Part shown: piece by piece, positions 1 through 8,997 of the stretch | How positions within the stretch are numbered: position 1 is the stretch's first letter | Layout: every line of letters begins with the position of its first letter | Program-made: the position numbers and the translations under genes | The notes under the pieces: model-generated | What the model was told of the DNA's origin: nothing | The model's input: the letters and a program-made list of their open reading frames with translations, nothing else | The model's database searches: none | Source of the DNA: Acidobacteriota bacterium | GTDB lineage: Bacteria; Acidobacteriota; Thermoanaerobaculia; Multivoradales; UBA5704 | Length of the DNA stretch: 64,000 bases | Direction: 5' to 3' | Assembly (NCBI GenBank): GCA_046765915.1 | Contig: JBKPTH010000056.1 | Location: 20,405 to 84,404, forward strand

Positions 1-617
1 TCGTCAAGCCTTCCTCGCCGGCGCCGCTCCGCGAGCTGGCCGAAACGGCGGCGGGGCTCGTCCTCTGCGGCGGCATCGACGTGGCTCCCGAGCGCTACGG
101 CGAGGCCACGCGCCCGGACGCGCAGGTCGAGGTATCCCTGGAGCGGGACGAGCTGGAGTGGAGCCTGCTCGACCTCGCGCGCGAGCGCCAGTTGCCGGTG
201 TGGGCCGTCTGCCGCGGCATGCAGGTGCTCAACGTCTATCTCGGCGGCTCGCTCTGGCAGGACCTGCCCACCCAGCACCCCAGCGGCATCGATCACTACA
301 TCTCCACCACGCCGGACACGCTGGCCCACTCCATCCAGGTCATCGAGCCCGGCGCGCCGATCGGCGAGCGGCTCACCGGCGAGCTGCCGCTGGTCAACAG
401 CCGCCACCACCAAGCCGTCAAGCGTCTGGCGGAAGGTCTCGTGCCCGTCGTGCTCTCGCCGGACGGTCTGATCGAGGCCGCGGTGCTGGACCGCGAGGAC
501 TGGTGGGTGCGCGCCGTCCAGTGGCACCCGGAGAACCTGATCGCCCTCGATCCGCAGCGCGCGTTGTGGACCGATTTCGTCCGCGCCGTCGGCGTCGAAA
601 CCCCGGCGCTCCCCTGA
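1..617 (+). CDS. Class I glutamine amidotransferase, peptidase C26 / gamma-glutamyl-GABA hydrolase (PuuD-like), 5'-truncated by window
   Basis: Motifs AVCRGMQVLNV (nucleophile Cys), VNSRHHQAV and VQWHPE; frame continues upstream (LVLCGGIDV) towards the window edge. Confidence 0.88.
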   Translation, partial: VKPSSPAPLRELAETAAGLVLCGGIDVAPERYGEATRPDAQVEVSLERDELEWSLLDLARERQLPVWAVCRGMQVLNVYLGGSLWQDLPTQHPSGIDHYISTTPDTLAHSIQVIEPGAPIGERLTGELPLVNSRHHQAVKRLAEGLVPVVLSPDGLIEAAVLDREDWWVRAVQWHPENLIALDPQRALWTDFVRAVGVETPALP

Positions 618-620
618 GCC

Positions 621-1394
621 ATGGCGGAGCCCACGATCCTCGTCGAACGTGACGGCGGTATCGCCACGGTCACCCTGAACCGGCCGCCTCTCAACATCCT
701 GGACATCCCGACGATCGCGCGGTTGGGCGAGGCGATCGAAGAGCTATCAGCCGACCCTGATCTCCTGGTGATCGTCCTGCGTGGAGCCGGCGACCGCGCC
801 TTTTCGGCCGGCGTGGCGGTTCAGGACCATACGCCGGATAAGGTCGTGCCGATGTTGGAGAGCCTGCACGACACGATCCGCCGGCTCCGCGACCTCGAAG
901 TGGTCATCACCGTCGCCGCCGTCCAGGGCCACTGTCTCGGCGGCGGCATGGAGCTCGCGCTGTCCTGCGACCTCGTGATCGCCACCGAGGACGCCCGCTT
1001 CGCCCAGCCCGAGATCGAGCTCGGTTGTTATCCGCCCGTCGCCTCGGCGCTCCTGCCGTCGCGCATCGGCGCCGGCCTCACTCTCGACTTGGCGCTGACC
1101 GGTAGGACGCTGACCTGCGAGGAGGCCGAGCGGCTGGGATTGGTGACGCGCCGCGTGCCTGCCGGAAAGCTGGACGAGGCGGTCCAGGAATTCACGGCGC
1201 AGATCGCCGCCAAGAGCGCGCCGGTCGTGCGGCTGGCCAAGAAAGCGGTCCGCGCCGGCCGGGATCTGCCCTTCGCCGAAGCCCTTGCCGAGACGGAGAG
1301 GATATACAAGGAAGAGCTGCTCCCGCTGGAGGACCTGGCGGAGGGGGCGGCGGCGTTTCTCGAGAAGCGGCGGCCGGCGTGGCGGCACCGGTAG
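621..1394 (+). CDS. Enoyl-CoA hydratase/isomerase family protein
   Basis: LNRPPLN, FSAGV, CLGGGMELALSCD, FAQPEI, FLEKR crotonase motifs. Confidence 0.92.
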   Translation: MAEPTILVERDGGIATVTLNRPPLNILDIPTIARLGEAIEELSADPDLLVIVLRGAGDRAFSAGVAVQDHTPDKVVPMLESLHDTIRRLRDLEVVITVAAVQGHCLGGGMELALSCDLVIATEDARFAQPEIELGCYPPVASALLPSRIGAGLTLDLALTGRTLTCEEAERLGLVTRRVPAGKLDEAVQEFTAQIAAKSAPVVRLAKKAVRAGRDLPFAEALAETERIYKEELLPLEDLAEGAAAFLEKRRPAWRHR

Positions 1395-1427
1395 AGAGGA
1401 TCCAAGGGGTAACGGCGATCGGAACGT

Positions 1428-1564
1428 CCTGCCCTTCGAAACCTCACCCCCTGGCCCCCTCTCCACAAAGTGGAGAGGGGGAAAGAAAAAGCAGATTCCT
1501 GGCGTTCCCCCCTCTCCAGCTCCGCTGGAGAGGGGGCCAGGGGGTGAGGTTTCGAAGGGGCAGG
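1428..1564. repeat. REP/REPIN-like inverted pair (CCTCACCCCCTGGCCCCCTCTCC family)
   Basis: Long inverted arms cccttcgaaacctcaccccctggccccctctcc / ggagagggggccagggggtgaggtttcgaaggg with internal hairpins; related copy at 25247-25416. Confidence 0.85.
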
Positions 1565-1674
1565 TCGCCCCATCCGCCGCCGCCCCTCTGAGGCCCGAAA
1601 TACAACCGGGACAGAGTACCCGCCGCCTTATACAATGCCATCCCGATCGAGTTGACCTTTTCGAGGAGACCCTC

Positions 1675-2451
1675 ATGCCCGAGACCATCCTGGTGGAACG
1701 CGAAGGCCGCGTCGCCATCCTGACCATCAACCGGCCCGACAAGCTCAACGCCCTCAACCAGCAGGTGCGCGACGAGATGCTGGAGATCCTCGCCGGCATG
1801 GAGACCGACGACGCGGTGGGGGCCGTCGTCATCACCGGCGCCGGCGAGAAGTCGTTCATCGCCGGGGCCGACATTGGCGAGTTCGCCGGCCGCACCCCCT
1901 TCGATCAGCGCCACGCCATGCGCAGCCCTCGGGTCTTCGACATCATGGCGAGCTTCCCCAAGCCGGTCATCGCCATGATCAACGGCTTCTGCCTCGGCGG
2001 CGGCTGCGAGCTCGCCATGTCGTGCGACATCCGCGTCGCCTCCGAGAAGGCGCGCTTCGGCCAGCCGGAGATCAACCTCGGCCTCATCCCCGGCGGCGGC
2101 GGCACGCAGCGGCTGCCCCGGCTCGTCGGCGTCGGCCACGCCATGCGGCTCATCCTGACGGGCGACATGATCGGCGCCGCCGAGGCGCAGTCGATCGGTC
2201 TCGTCGAGATGGTCGTGCCCGCGGAAGAGCTGCGGGCGAAGACGCTGGAGCTGGCGAACAAAATCGCCTCGAAGAGCCCGCTCACCGTGAAGGTTGCCAA
2301 GGAGGCGCTGCGGGCGAGCGAGCGAATGTCCATCGAGGATGGCATCACGTACGAGCGCGACCTCTTCTGCCTCTGCTTCTCCTCTGCGGACAAGGAGGAG
2401 GGGGTCAAGGCGTTCCTGGAGAAGCGGCCGGCCGCGTGGACGGGGCGCTGA
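1675..2451 (+). CDS. Enoyl-CoA hydratase (crotonase)
   Basis: Start at ATG 1675 after GAGGAG RBS; INRPDKLNAL, FIAGADI, GGGCELAMSCD, FGQPEINLGLIPGGGGTQRLPRL. Confidence 0.93.
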   Translation: MPETILVEREGRVAILTINRPDKLNALNQQVRDEMLEILAGMETDDAVGAVVITGAGEKSFIAGADIGEFAGRTPFDQRHAMRSPRVFDIMASFPKPVIAMINGFCLGGGCELAMSCDIRVASEKARFGQPEINLGLIPGGGGTQRLPRLVGVGHAMRLILTGDMIGAAEAQSIGLVEMVVPAEELRAKTLELANKIASKSPLTVKVAKEALRASERMSIEDGITYERDLFCLCFSSADKEEGVKAFLEKRPAAWTGR

Positions 2452-2454
2452 GCC

Positions 2455-3609
2455 GTGGCCGCCCCGCACGAGGACCTGCTGGCGCTGCGCTCCGAGTTTC
2501 CCATCCTCGAGCGCACCACCTATCTCATCAACAACTCGCTCGGCGCCATGCCGCGGGGAGTCCACGACGAGCTCGCGACCTTCGCCCGTGAGTGGGAGGA
2601 GCGCGGCGTGCGCGCCTGGAGCGAAGGTTGGTGGGAGCTGTCGATCACAACGGGAGACCTGCTGGCGCCGCTCCTCGGCGTCCGGCCCGGCTCGATCGCC
2701 ATGCATCAGAACGTGGCCGTGGCCATGGCCCTGTTCCTCTCCGCCATCGATTACAAGCCGGAACGGAACCGGATCGTCTACACGGAGCTCAACTTTCCCA
2801 ACGTCATGTACCTGCTCCAAGGCGAGCAGCGGAAGGGCGCCGAGATCGTCGTCGTGCCCTCGGACGACGGTATCGGCGTGCCTACCGAGCGGCTCCTTGC
2901 GGCCATCGACGAGCGGACGCGCCTGGTGCCGATCTCCCACACCCTCTTCCGCAGCGCCTTCACCCAGGACGCCGAGGCCATCGCCCGCCGCTGCCGAGAG
3001 GTCGGGGCGACCCTGCTGCTCGACGTCTACCAGTCGGCCGGAGTGATGCCGCTGGAGCTGGAGGCGTGGGGAGCGCACGCCGCGGTGGGCGGCTCGGTGA
3101 AATGGCTCTGCGGCGGCCCCGGCGCGGGCTTTCTCTGGGTGAATCCCGAGATCGCGGACACGCTGGAGCCCGCCTTCACCGGCTGGATGGCGGACGAGGA
3201 GCCCTTCGCCTTCCGGCCCGGGCCCATCCACTACGCGCACGGCGCCTGGCGCTTCCTCACCGGCACGCCGAACATCCCCGCCCTCTACTCCTGCCGCGCC
3301 GGCTACAAGATCATCGCCGGCGTAGGAGCGCAGAAGATCCGCGAGCGCTCCCTCGCCTTGACCTCCCACCTGATCGATCTCGCCGAAGAAGCCGGCTTCG
3401 AAGTCCGCACGCCGCGCGACCCGAAGCACCGCGGCGGCACTGTCTCCGTCTGGCACCCCGAAGCCGAGCGCCTCTGCCACGAGCTGATCGCGCGCGAAAT
3501 CATTTGCGATTACCGGCCGAACGCGGGAATCCGGCTATCCCCGCACTTCTTCAACACCGAGGCGGAGATGGAGCATGCGGTGGGGACGCTGAAGGAGCTG
3601 GCGCCCTAA
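2455..3609 (+). CDS. Kynureninase-like PLP-dependent class V aminotransferase
   Basis: YLINNSLGAMP, LDVYQSAG, GGSVKWLCGGPG (PLP Lys), GTPN, RGGTV, DYRP..GIRLSPHF. Confidence 0.85.
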   Translation: MAAPHEDLLALRSEFPILERTTYLINNSLGAMPRGVHDELATFAREWEERGVRAWSEGWWELSITTGDLLAPLLGVRPGSIAMHQNVAVAMALFLSAIDYKPERNRIVYTELNFPNVMYLLQGEQRKGAEIVVVPSDDGIGVPTERLLAAIDERTRLVPISHTLFRSAFTQDAEAIARRCREVGATLLLDVYQSAGVMPLELEAWGAHAAVGGSVKWLCGGPGAGFLWVNPEIADTLEPAFTGWMADEEPFAFRPGPIHYAHGAWRFLTGTPNIPALYSCRAGYKIIAGVGAQKIRERSLALTSHLIDLAEEAGFEVRTPRDPKHRGGTVSVWHPEAERLCHELIAREIICDYRPNAGIRLSPHFFNTEAEMEHAVGTLKELAP

Positions 3610-3687
3610 GAGTTGTGTTTGTCAAAGTCATACAAGACTGTTAAGCTGGACCAGCCGTAGGAGCAAAGGTGGAGAGCGCGAAGCTCG

Positions 3688-4701
3688 ATGAAACCGAACA
3701 TCTTCATTGACCGCTCCAACTGCCCAGAGGATTTCTTCTCACACGCCCTCGCCTACATCCTCGAGCTTTTCCCGGCTCTCGGGAACCAACTCGTCAATCG
3801 GATTGAAGCGCTTGCTGGAAAGAGGCCAGGCTACTTTGGCCAGTTCAAGCAATGCGAATTCGTCGCCAGGGAGTTTCCGCAGGATCACAAAGCGTCTAAG
3901 CCCGACCTTCGGCTGGTCTGTAGCACTCGCATCATCTATTTCGAGAACAAACTCGACTCGCCGCTCAGCATTGTCCAAATGCAACGGCACGGAGACCTGA
4001 CACGGAACAAGCGCAAAAAACATCTGCTGTTCGTCTCTAACATTAGCCATAAACGTCCGGATCTACGCTCGATCCCTGGATACCTTCATCCGCAGAGAAG
4101 GGATCACTTTCTTTGGCTGGACCTTTTGCCCGCGCTGGAATCTCACCACCGCAAGGCAAGCCTCGCAGCACGGATTCTTGATGACTTCCGTGCCGCCCTG
4201 GATTTCCACGGCATGGTCGGTCGGGAGATCAAGGGTGCGACGGGTAGCCTCTATACATCGCAATCTAAAGCCAACCACCATGCTCTTAGCCTGTTGTCGC
4301 AGACGCTTCTGGATGTAGGATTCATCGTGTCACGCAAGCAAGCCCGAGAGACAACCCTTCGAGTGTATCCTTCCCGCCACTGTGAACATCCCTTGCTGAA
4401 TCCCAGGTTCTATGCCAGTGCAGCTTGGCTCGATAGCGCTCTCGACTTCGAATGCTTGGTCATTACGGCCCTTTCGCGGCCAAAGCTGCCTCGTCTCAGC
4501 CGTTACCTTGATCAGTTTCCGGTCCGACGCGACTGCCGCTTCGTACCTGCTTCGTTTCAATATGACGATGGCTATTTCCTTCACGGCGACTTTGTCCTTC
4601 CCGTGAAGTTCTCGAACGCGCGTGGACCAGCCAGCATCGATTTTCCGGTACTTACACGACCACTCCGCAGGATTCATAAGTTTTTGACCGGGCTGTATTA
4701 G
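3688..4701 (+). CDS. Putative PD-(D/E)XK nuclease-family protein (lower GC, foreign)
   Basis: PDL...IIYFENKLDS motif and N-terminal EDFFSHALAYIL helix; atypical codon usage. Confidence 0.6.
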   Translation: MKPNIFIDRSNCPEDFFSHALAYILELFPALGNQLVNRIEALAGKRPGYFGQFKQCEFVAREFPQDHKASKPDLRLVCSTRIIYFENKLDSPLSIVQMQRHGDLTRNKRKKHLLFVSNISHKRPDLRSIPGYLHPQRRDHFLWLDLLPALESHHRKASLAARILDDFRAALDFHGMVGREIKGATGSLYTSQSKANHHALSLLSQTLLDVGFIVSRKQARETTLRVYPSRHCEHPLLNPRFYASAAWLDSALDFECLVITALSRPKLPRLSRYLDQFPVRRDCRFVPASFQYDDGYFLHGDFVLPVKFSNARGPASIDFPVLTRPLRRIHKFLTGLY

Positions 4702-4716
4702 AAGCATCCCTCACCT

Positions 4717-4740
4717 ATCGCGCTCGCCAGGAACCTGTAG
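4717..4740 (+). pseudogene. 3' stub of an addiction-module killer (RelE/HigB-like, HI1419-type) gene
   Basis: atcgcgctcgccaggaacctgtag = IALARNL*, resembling the usual C-terminus of this toxin family, directly before the antidote RBS. Confidence 0.45.
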
Positions 4741-4752
4741 GAGAAGCCCGAA

Positions 4753-5064
4753 ATGCCAAAGTCCTCCAAGAAGGTACCTGCCAAAACCCTGCCCTACGAT
4801 GTGGCGGAACAGTTACGGACGCCTGAAGAGATGGCGGCTTACCTCGATGCCTGGCTGGCTGAGGCGCCGGACGACGCGGCGGGCATTGCCCGCGCGCTCG
4901 GCGATATCGCCAGGGCCAAGGGGATGTCGCAGGTCGCGCGCGACGCAGGCCTCAGCCGCGAGAGTCTGTACAAAGCTATCAGTGAGGACGGCAATCCGAG
5001 CTTCGCCACTGTCCTCAAGGTAGCGCGCGCACTCGGCATGCGGCTGCATGCCGAAATCGCTTGA
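4753..5064 (+). CDS. Putative addiction module antidote protein (HI1420 family, HTH)
   Basis: YDVAEQLRTPEEMAAYL, ALGDIARAKGMSQVARDAGLSRESLYKA..GNPSFATVLKV. Confidence 0.92.
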   Translation: MPKSSKKVPAKTLPYDVAEQLRTPEEMAAYLDAWLAEAPDDAAGIARALGDIARAKGMSQVARDAGLSRESLYKAISEDGNPSFATVLKVARALGMRLHAEIA

Positions 5065-5085
5065 GAGAGAAGCGCACACGACGGC

Positions 5086-5304
5086 TTACTGCTCCGGCTC
5101 TTTGAGAGTTCGGGTCAGCAAGCGAAGATCCGAGGCTGGCACGTCTGCAAGACTGGCGGCCGCCAGCGCGAGGATTTCTGCGGGGGTCGGAGCGATGTCT
5201 ACGTCCTCTCCGTAGTGCCGGCGCAGCAGAGCGATCACCTGGCTTTCGAAGCTTCTTCCGCACCGCTCTGCATCCGCTGAGTGGGTAGTGGCTGCGCGGC
5301 TCAT
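5086..5304 (-). CDS. Small hypothetical protein, possibly truncated FitA/Arc-like RHH antitoxin
   Basis: ADAERCGRSFESQVIALL resembles the 'A...GRSxExEVRxIL' RHH motif; start uncertain. Confidence 0.3.
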   Translation of the reverse strand: MSRAATTHSADAERCGRSFESQVIALLRRHYGEDVDIAPTPAEILALAAASLADVPASDLRLLTRTLKEPEQ

Positions 5305-5410
5305 GACCGGAAAATATCAAGCTGGTCGGCGCAAGGCGGAAGACAGCATCCGCAGCGGGGCCGTCAGCATACTCCTTCGGGTTGAGCCGACTGCGAGTAG
5401 AATGGGGCCC

Positions 5411-5869
5411 ATGAGGCCTCGGGTCTACACGGACACTTCGGTCCTAGGCGGCTGTGAGGACGAGGTGTTCCGTGAGTCCTCTCGTCGCTTGCTAGAGGCA
5501 TTTATCGGTGGCGGGTTGATCCTGGTACTGTCCGAGCTGACTCTCCGCGAGCTCGAGACCGCTCCGGAGGCAGTGAGAGGGATCGTCGGGCGGGTACCGC
5601 AGGCTCATATCGAGCCCCTCTCGCTGTCTCGAGAGGCCGAGGAGCTTGCGGCGGCCTACATCGAGGACGGCGCTATCGCTGCCAGTATGCGAGCGGATGC
5701 CCTACACATCGCCCTTGCCACGGTGGCTCGAGTCGATGTCTTGGTCAGTTGGAACTTCAAACACATCGTGAATCTGAGGCGAATCCATGCCTTCAACGCT
5801 GTCAACATAAAAAGGGGATATCCTCTGCTCGAGATTCGAACTCCGCGGGAGGTTCCAGGCGATGAGTAA
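5411..5869 (+). CDS. PIN-domain (VapC-like) protein
   Basis: RVYTDTSVLGG, ELTLREL, DALHIALATV, LVSWNFKHIVN, IRTPREV; TAGAAT -10-like box just upstream. Confidence 0.88.
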   Translation: MRPRVYTDTSVLGGCEDEVFRESSRRLLEAFIGGGLILVLSELTLRELETAPEAVRGIVGRVPQAHIEPLSLSREAEELAAAYIEDGAIAASMRADALHIALATVARVDVLVSWNFKHIVNLRRIHAFNAVNIKRGYPLLEIRTPREVPGDE

Positions 5870-6074
5870 ACCTTCTTCAAAAACCCTCGACTGTGTCCGG
5901 AGCATGCGTGAGATCCGGGACAAAATCAGCGCGGAGATCGCCGCGATGAGCTACGACGAGCTGGCTCAGTGGCTCCGGGCACATCAGTACTCGGACCCGT
6001 TTCTGCAGCGGCTGGCAGAGAAGGCTGCCCAACAAGCCGATGCAGAGGAGGATCGGCTTTCGGTCCGTCGCTAA
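5862..6074 (+). CDS. Small partner protein of PIN toxin (putative antitoxin)
   Basis: Overlaps PIN stop; DCVRSMREIRDKISAEI pattern typical of small proteins downstream of this PIN type; 3' end runs into attC. Confidence 0.65.
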   Translation: MSKPSSKTLDCVRSMREIRDKISAEIAAMSYDELAQWLRAHQYSDPFLQRLAEKAAQQADAEEDRLSVRR

Positions 6075-6094
6075 TCGGCTGGGTGTCGTTGGGC
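6027..6094 (+). mobile_element. Integron attC-like recombination site
   Basis: Inverse core GCCCAAC (6027-6033) and complementary core GTTGGGC (6088-6094); inner arms agccgat-gcag / gct-aatcggct; 68 bp; sits at a gene end. Confidence 0.75.
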
Positions 6095-6126
6095 GAGTTG
6101 CCTCTTGGCTGGCGACAACAAGACCT

Positions 6127-6240
6127 CTCAGTCGCGAGAGTCTCTACAAGGCTCTCAGCGAGGACGGCAATCCGAGCTTCGCCACCGTCCTCAAGGTAGC
6201 TCGCGCGCTGGGTATGCGTCTCCATGCAAAAGTGGCCTGA
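6127..6240 (+). pseudogene. 3' fragment of a second HI1420-type antidote gene (direct repeat of 4951-5064)
   Basis: Encodes LSRESLYKALSEDGNPSFATVLKVARALGMRLHAKVA*; aligns ungapped to 4951-5064 with mostly synonymous changes. Confidence 0.85.
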
Positions 6241-6400
6241 TAGAGTCCCTGCTCCGCCGGCCCTGCTCACAGAATGCGCAATTTCGCCGCTCACCTGATG
6301 AGCACTTCGCTGGACCGACAGACTGGGAGCGATGAGGTAAGCGAGCTATCTCATTGTTCTACCGGTGTTTAGCTCATTCAGACGGCGCGGGATCGCGTCC

Positions 6401-6695
6401 AACCTGACAGCCGTCATCCTCAACCTGACCGCGGTCATCCTCAGGATGACTCAAGTCATGTTCAAGGTGACAGCCGGTCACGTGAAGGATGACTCAAGTA
6501 TTCTTCAAGCTGACAGGAGTCATGTTGAACATGACAGGCGTCATCCTCAGGCTGACTGCGGTCAGGTCAAGGATGACCTCACGTCATGTTCAGGCTGACT
6601 GCTGTCACGTCAAGGATGACTCAAGTCATCCTCAAGCTGACCGCCGGCAGGTTGAACATGATCGGAGTCATCCTCAGCATGACGGCGGTCATGCA
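6401..6695. repeat. Tandem array of 14 degenerate 21-bp units with TGAC-N4-GTCA palindrome
   Basis: TGA(C) starts at 6405, 6426, 6447, 6468, 6490, 6511, 6532, 6553, 6574, 6596, 6617, 6638, 6659, 6680. Confidence 0.9.
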
Positions 6696-6702
6696 GGGCC
6701 GG

Positions 6703-7158
6703 CTAGGTCACCAGCTTCTTCACCACGAAGAGAGCCAGGCCGGCGTTGTCACCATCCTCGATCACCAGGATGTCGGCCGTGAACGATGCCCTGCGGCCTA
6801 TGCCGAGGCGCCCGCACGAGTTGTTGAAGGCCGAGCCCAGGCAAGCGATGAAGACGTCCTGATTGAAGGCCTTGTTGGAGTGGATCACGACGATGCGGAA
6901 CGGCGTTCCGTCGCTCAGGAAATCCGTGCTGTCCACGAAAACGATCGAGCCGATGACGCTGGCCTCGGCCTTGTCCGTGCGCGGCACGGCCTTGAGCTGA
7001 ACATCCGTCTCCACCACCCGGCCTTCCATCTGCCGGGCGTAATTCTCCAGCGCCTTCTCGATGGCGGCGCCGGAGGGGGTCAACCGCTGCTGAGCGCCGG
7101 CGGCACCGGCGAACGCGAAGAGCAGAATCACCAGCACGACGCAGAGTCGCTTGGTCAT
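6703..7158 (-). CDS. Hypothetical secreted protein
   Basis: Signal peptide (MTKRLCVVLVILLFAFAGAAGA), GGAGG RBS, host-like codon usage, Cys pair. Confidence 0.75.
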   Translation of the reverse strand: MTKRLCVVLVILLFAFAGAAGAQQRLTPSGAAIEKALENYARQMEGRVVETDVQLKAVPRTDKAEASVIGSIVFVDSTDFLSDGTPFRIVVIHSNKAFNQDVFIACLGSAFNNSCGRLGIGRRASFTADILVIEDGDNAGLALFVVKKLVT

Positions 7159-7234
7159 CTCATCCTCCCTTGGGTCTAGTGCGCCCGATTATCTCACGTC
7201 TTCAGGTAGAAATGACGGACGCGCGAGATCCATT

Positions 7235-7570
7235 TCAGGAGGAGGTCTTTTGCGAGGGGATCGAGATCCGCACCGCTTCATTGACGGTGCAGCACTCGGC
7301 GTAGAGGAACTCGAGGATCTCGCGCAGGCCTTCGGTGTCGGCGAGGTAGCGCAGGAAGCGGCCCTCGCGATGCTGCTCGATGAGCTTTTCCTGCAGCAGG
7401 GCGTCGAGGTGGTGCGAGAGCGTCGAGGCCGGAATGTTCAGATCCTGCTGGATCTCGCCGGCCACCATGCCGCGCGGGTGGGCCGCGAGCAGGCGCCGCA
7501 CGATCTCCAGCCGCACCTCATGGCCGAGCGCGGCGAAGCGGCTGGCGTAGCGGCGGATGTCCTGCTTCAT
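7235..7570 (-). CDS. ArsR/SmtB family transcriptional regulator
   Basis: FAALGHEVRLEIVRRL, STLSHHL, REGRFLRY, C-terminal ECC metal-binding motif. Confidence 0.92.
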   Translation of the reverse strand: MKQDIRRYASRFAALGHEVRLEIVRRLLAAHPRGMVAGEIQQDLNIPASTLSHHLDALLQEKLIEQHREGRFLRYLADTEGLREILEFLYAECCTVNEAVRISIPSQKTSS

Positions 7571-8997
7571 GATTCGACTTTACCGGCAGCATGGTCTGAG
7601 GTCAACGGCGCCCGGCGCGGACCCCGCGCGATCGTCCAGGCATAGGCGGCGAGCGTCGCGGGAATCAGCACGGCGGCCGGCGCTCCACCCTGGAAACCGC
7701 CGTCCAGGCTGGCGATCGTCAGGCCGACGGCCATTCCGAGGACCGCGAGAAAGACCAGGAGCGGCAGGAGACCGGCGGCGATCCAGACCGCCCGCGCCCA
7801 GGGCGGCCGCGGCGGGAACAGAGCGAGGACCGCCGCGGGCAGCAGCAGCACGGAAAAGACCGGCGCGAGAAAGATGGCGAGCAGCAAGAGGAGGCGGAAG
7901 AGGAAGCCCGGCAGATAGGCGCGCATCTGCCCGGCCCGGTCGACGGCCCGGGTCCCGCGCCAGCGTCCGGGGCGACCGCGGAAGACCAGCAGCACCCAGA
8001 GCAGAAAGCCGATCCAGATCAGATCGCGCCGCAGCCAGACGCGGCGGAAGAGGACGAGGTACCGGTCCTCCGGCAGCGGCCGGCCGGCCAGGACGTCCAG
8101 CCGCCGCACGGCCGCGGCCACCGCCTGGGTCCAGCGGTCGAGGCGGCGCGCATCCAACCGCGCCGCGACGTCGGTGAACCGGTGGTACGCCGGATCTTCG
8201 GCGAGAAAAGAGCTGTCCGAAAGGGTGACGGAAGGCACGTCCCACTTCAGGAAGGATTCACTGTCCGAGCCATAAAGGATCCTGGCGGAGCGGACGACGA
8301 GCTGAGCCAGCAGAGGGAACCGGTTGTCCGCCACGACAAAGGGCCACTCGACGGCCTCGCCGCTCCTCAGCATGGCATGGACCAGCCAGCCTGGAGCCAG
8401 CTTCCGCTCGCCGCTTCCGGGGTGTCGCGCCGGCAAGCTCAGGATCACGGCGCCGCCGCTGCCGCGCCAGCCGACCATCTCCACGTTCAGATCGGCGAGC
8501 ATGCGCTCCCTGGCCTCGGGAGCGAGGCTCGCCAGCCAGGCCCGGCTGCCGCGCGTTCCGGTCTCCTCGCCGTCGAAGAGGACGACCCGCAAGGTATGCC
8601 GCAGGGGCGTGCGGCGGAGGTCGGCCGCCGCGGCGATGGCCACGCCGCAGCCGGAGGCGTCGTCGCCGGCGCCGGGACTATGGGGGACCGTGTCGTAGTG
8701 GGCCGAGAGGACGATCTCTTCCGGCCTCTCCCCCGGCAGGACTCCTTCCACGTCGATCAGCCCGCCTTGACGGACGACCCGCACCCGCGCGAGCCCGGCG
8801 CGGCGCAAGGCGGCGAGAAGAACGGCCACGGCCCGCTGCCGGGCTGGCGCCGCATCCCGCGGTCCCAGCGCGGCGAGAGACGCCGCGACCTCATAGGCGG
8901 AGGTGGAGGGCGCCGATCCGGGATCCCGGCCGCGGAGGGGCGCCGCCGCCATCAGCAGGCAGAGGACGGCCAGGGTGACCTGCTCTCCACGGCGCAT
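7567..8997 (-). CDS. M28 family metallopeptidase with C-terminal TM segments
   Basis: SAHYDT, GAGDDASG, FDGEETG, YH motifs; signal peptide; hydrophobic C-terminus. Confidence 0.85.
   Translation of the reverse strand: MRRGEQVTLAVLCLLMAAAPLRGRDPGSAPSTSAYEVAASLAALGPRDAAPARQRAVAVLLAALRRAGLARVRVVRQGGLIDVEGVLPGERPEEIVLSAHYDTVPHSPGAGDDASGCGVAIAAAADLRRTPLRHTLRVVLFDGEETGTRGSRAWLASLAPEARERMLADLNVEMVGWRGSGGAVILSLPARHPGSGERKLAPGWLVHAMLRSGEAVEWPFVVADNRFPLLAQLVVRSARILYGSDSESFLKWDVPSVTLSDSSFLAEDPAYHRFTDVAARLDARRLDRWTQAVAAAVRRLDVLAGRPLPEDRYLVLFRRVWLRRDLIWIGFLLWVLLVFRGRPGRWRGTRAVDRAGQMRAYLPGFLFRLLLLLAIFLAPVFSVLLLPAAVLALFPPRPPWARAVWIAAGLLPLLVFLAVLGMAVGLTIASLDGGFQGGAPAAVLIPATLAAYAWTIARGPRRAPLTSDHAAGKVES

Noticed and set aside
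1285-1674. N-terminal extensions in the ORF track (1285, 14250, 24877, 50985, 61900, 37403 starts)
   Set aside because: They read through REP elements or neighbouring genes; downstream starts fit the family N-termini better
6401-6695. Possible CRISPR array
   Set aside because: Units are contiguous and degenerate with no unique spacers; no cas genes in the window
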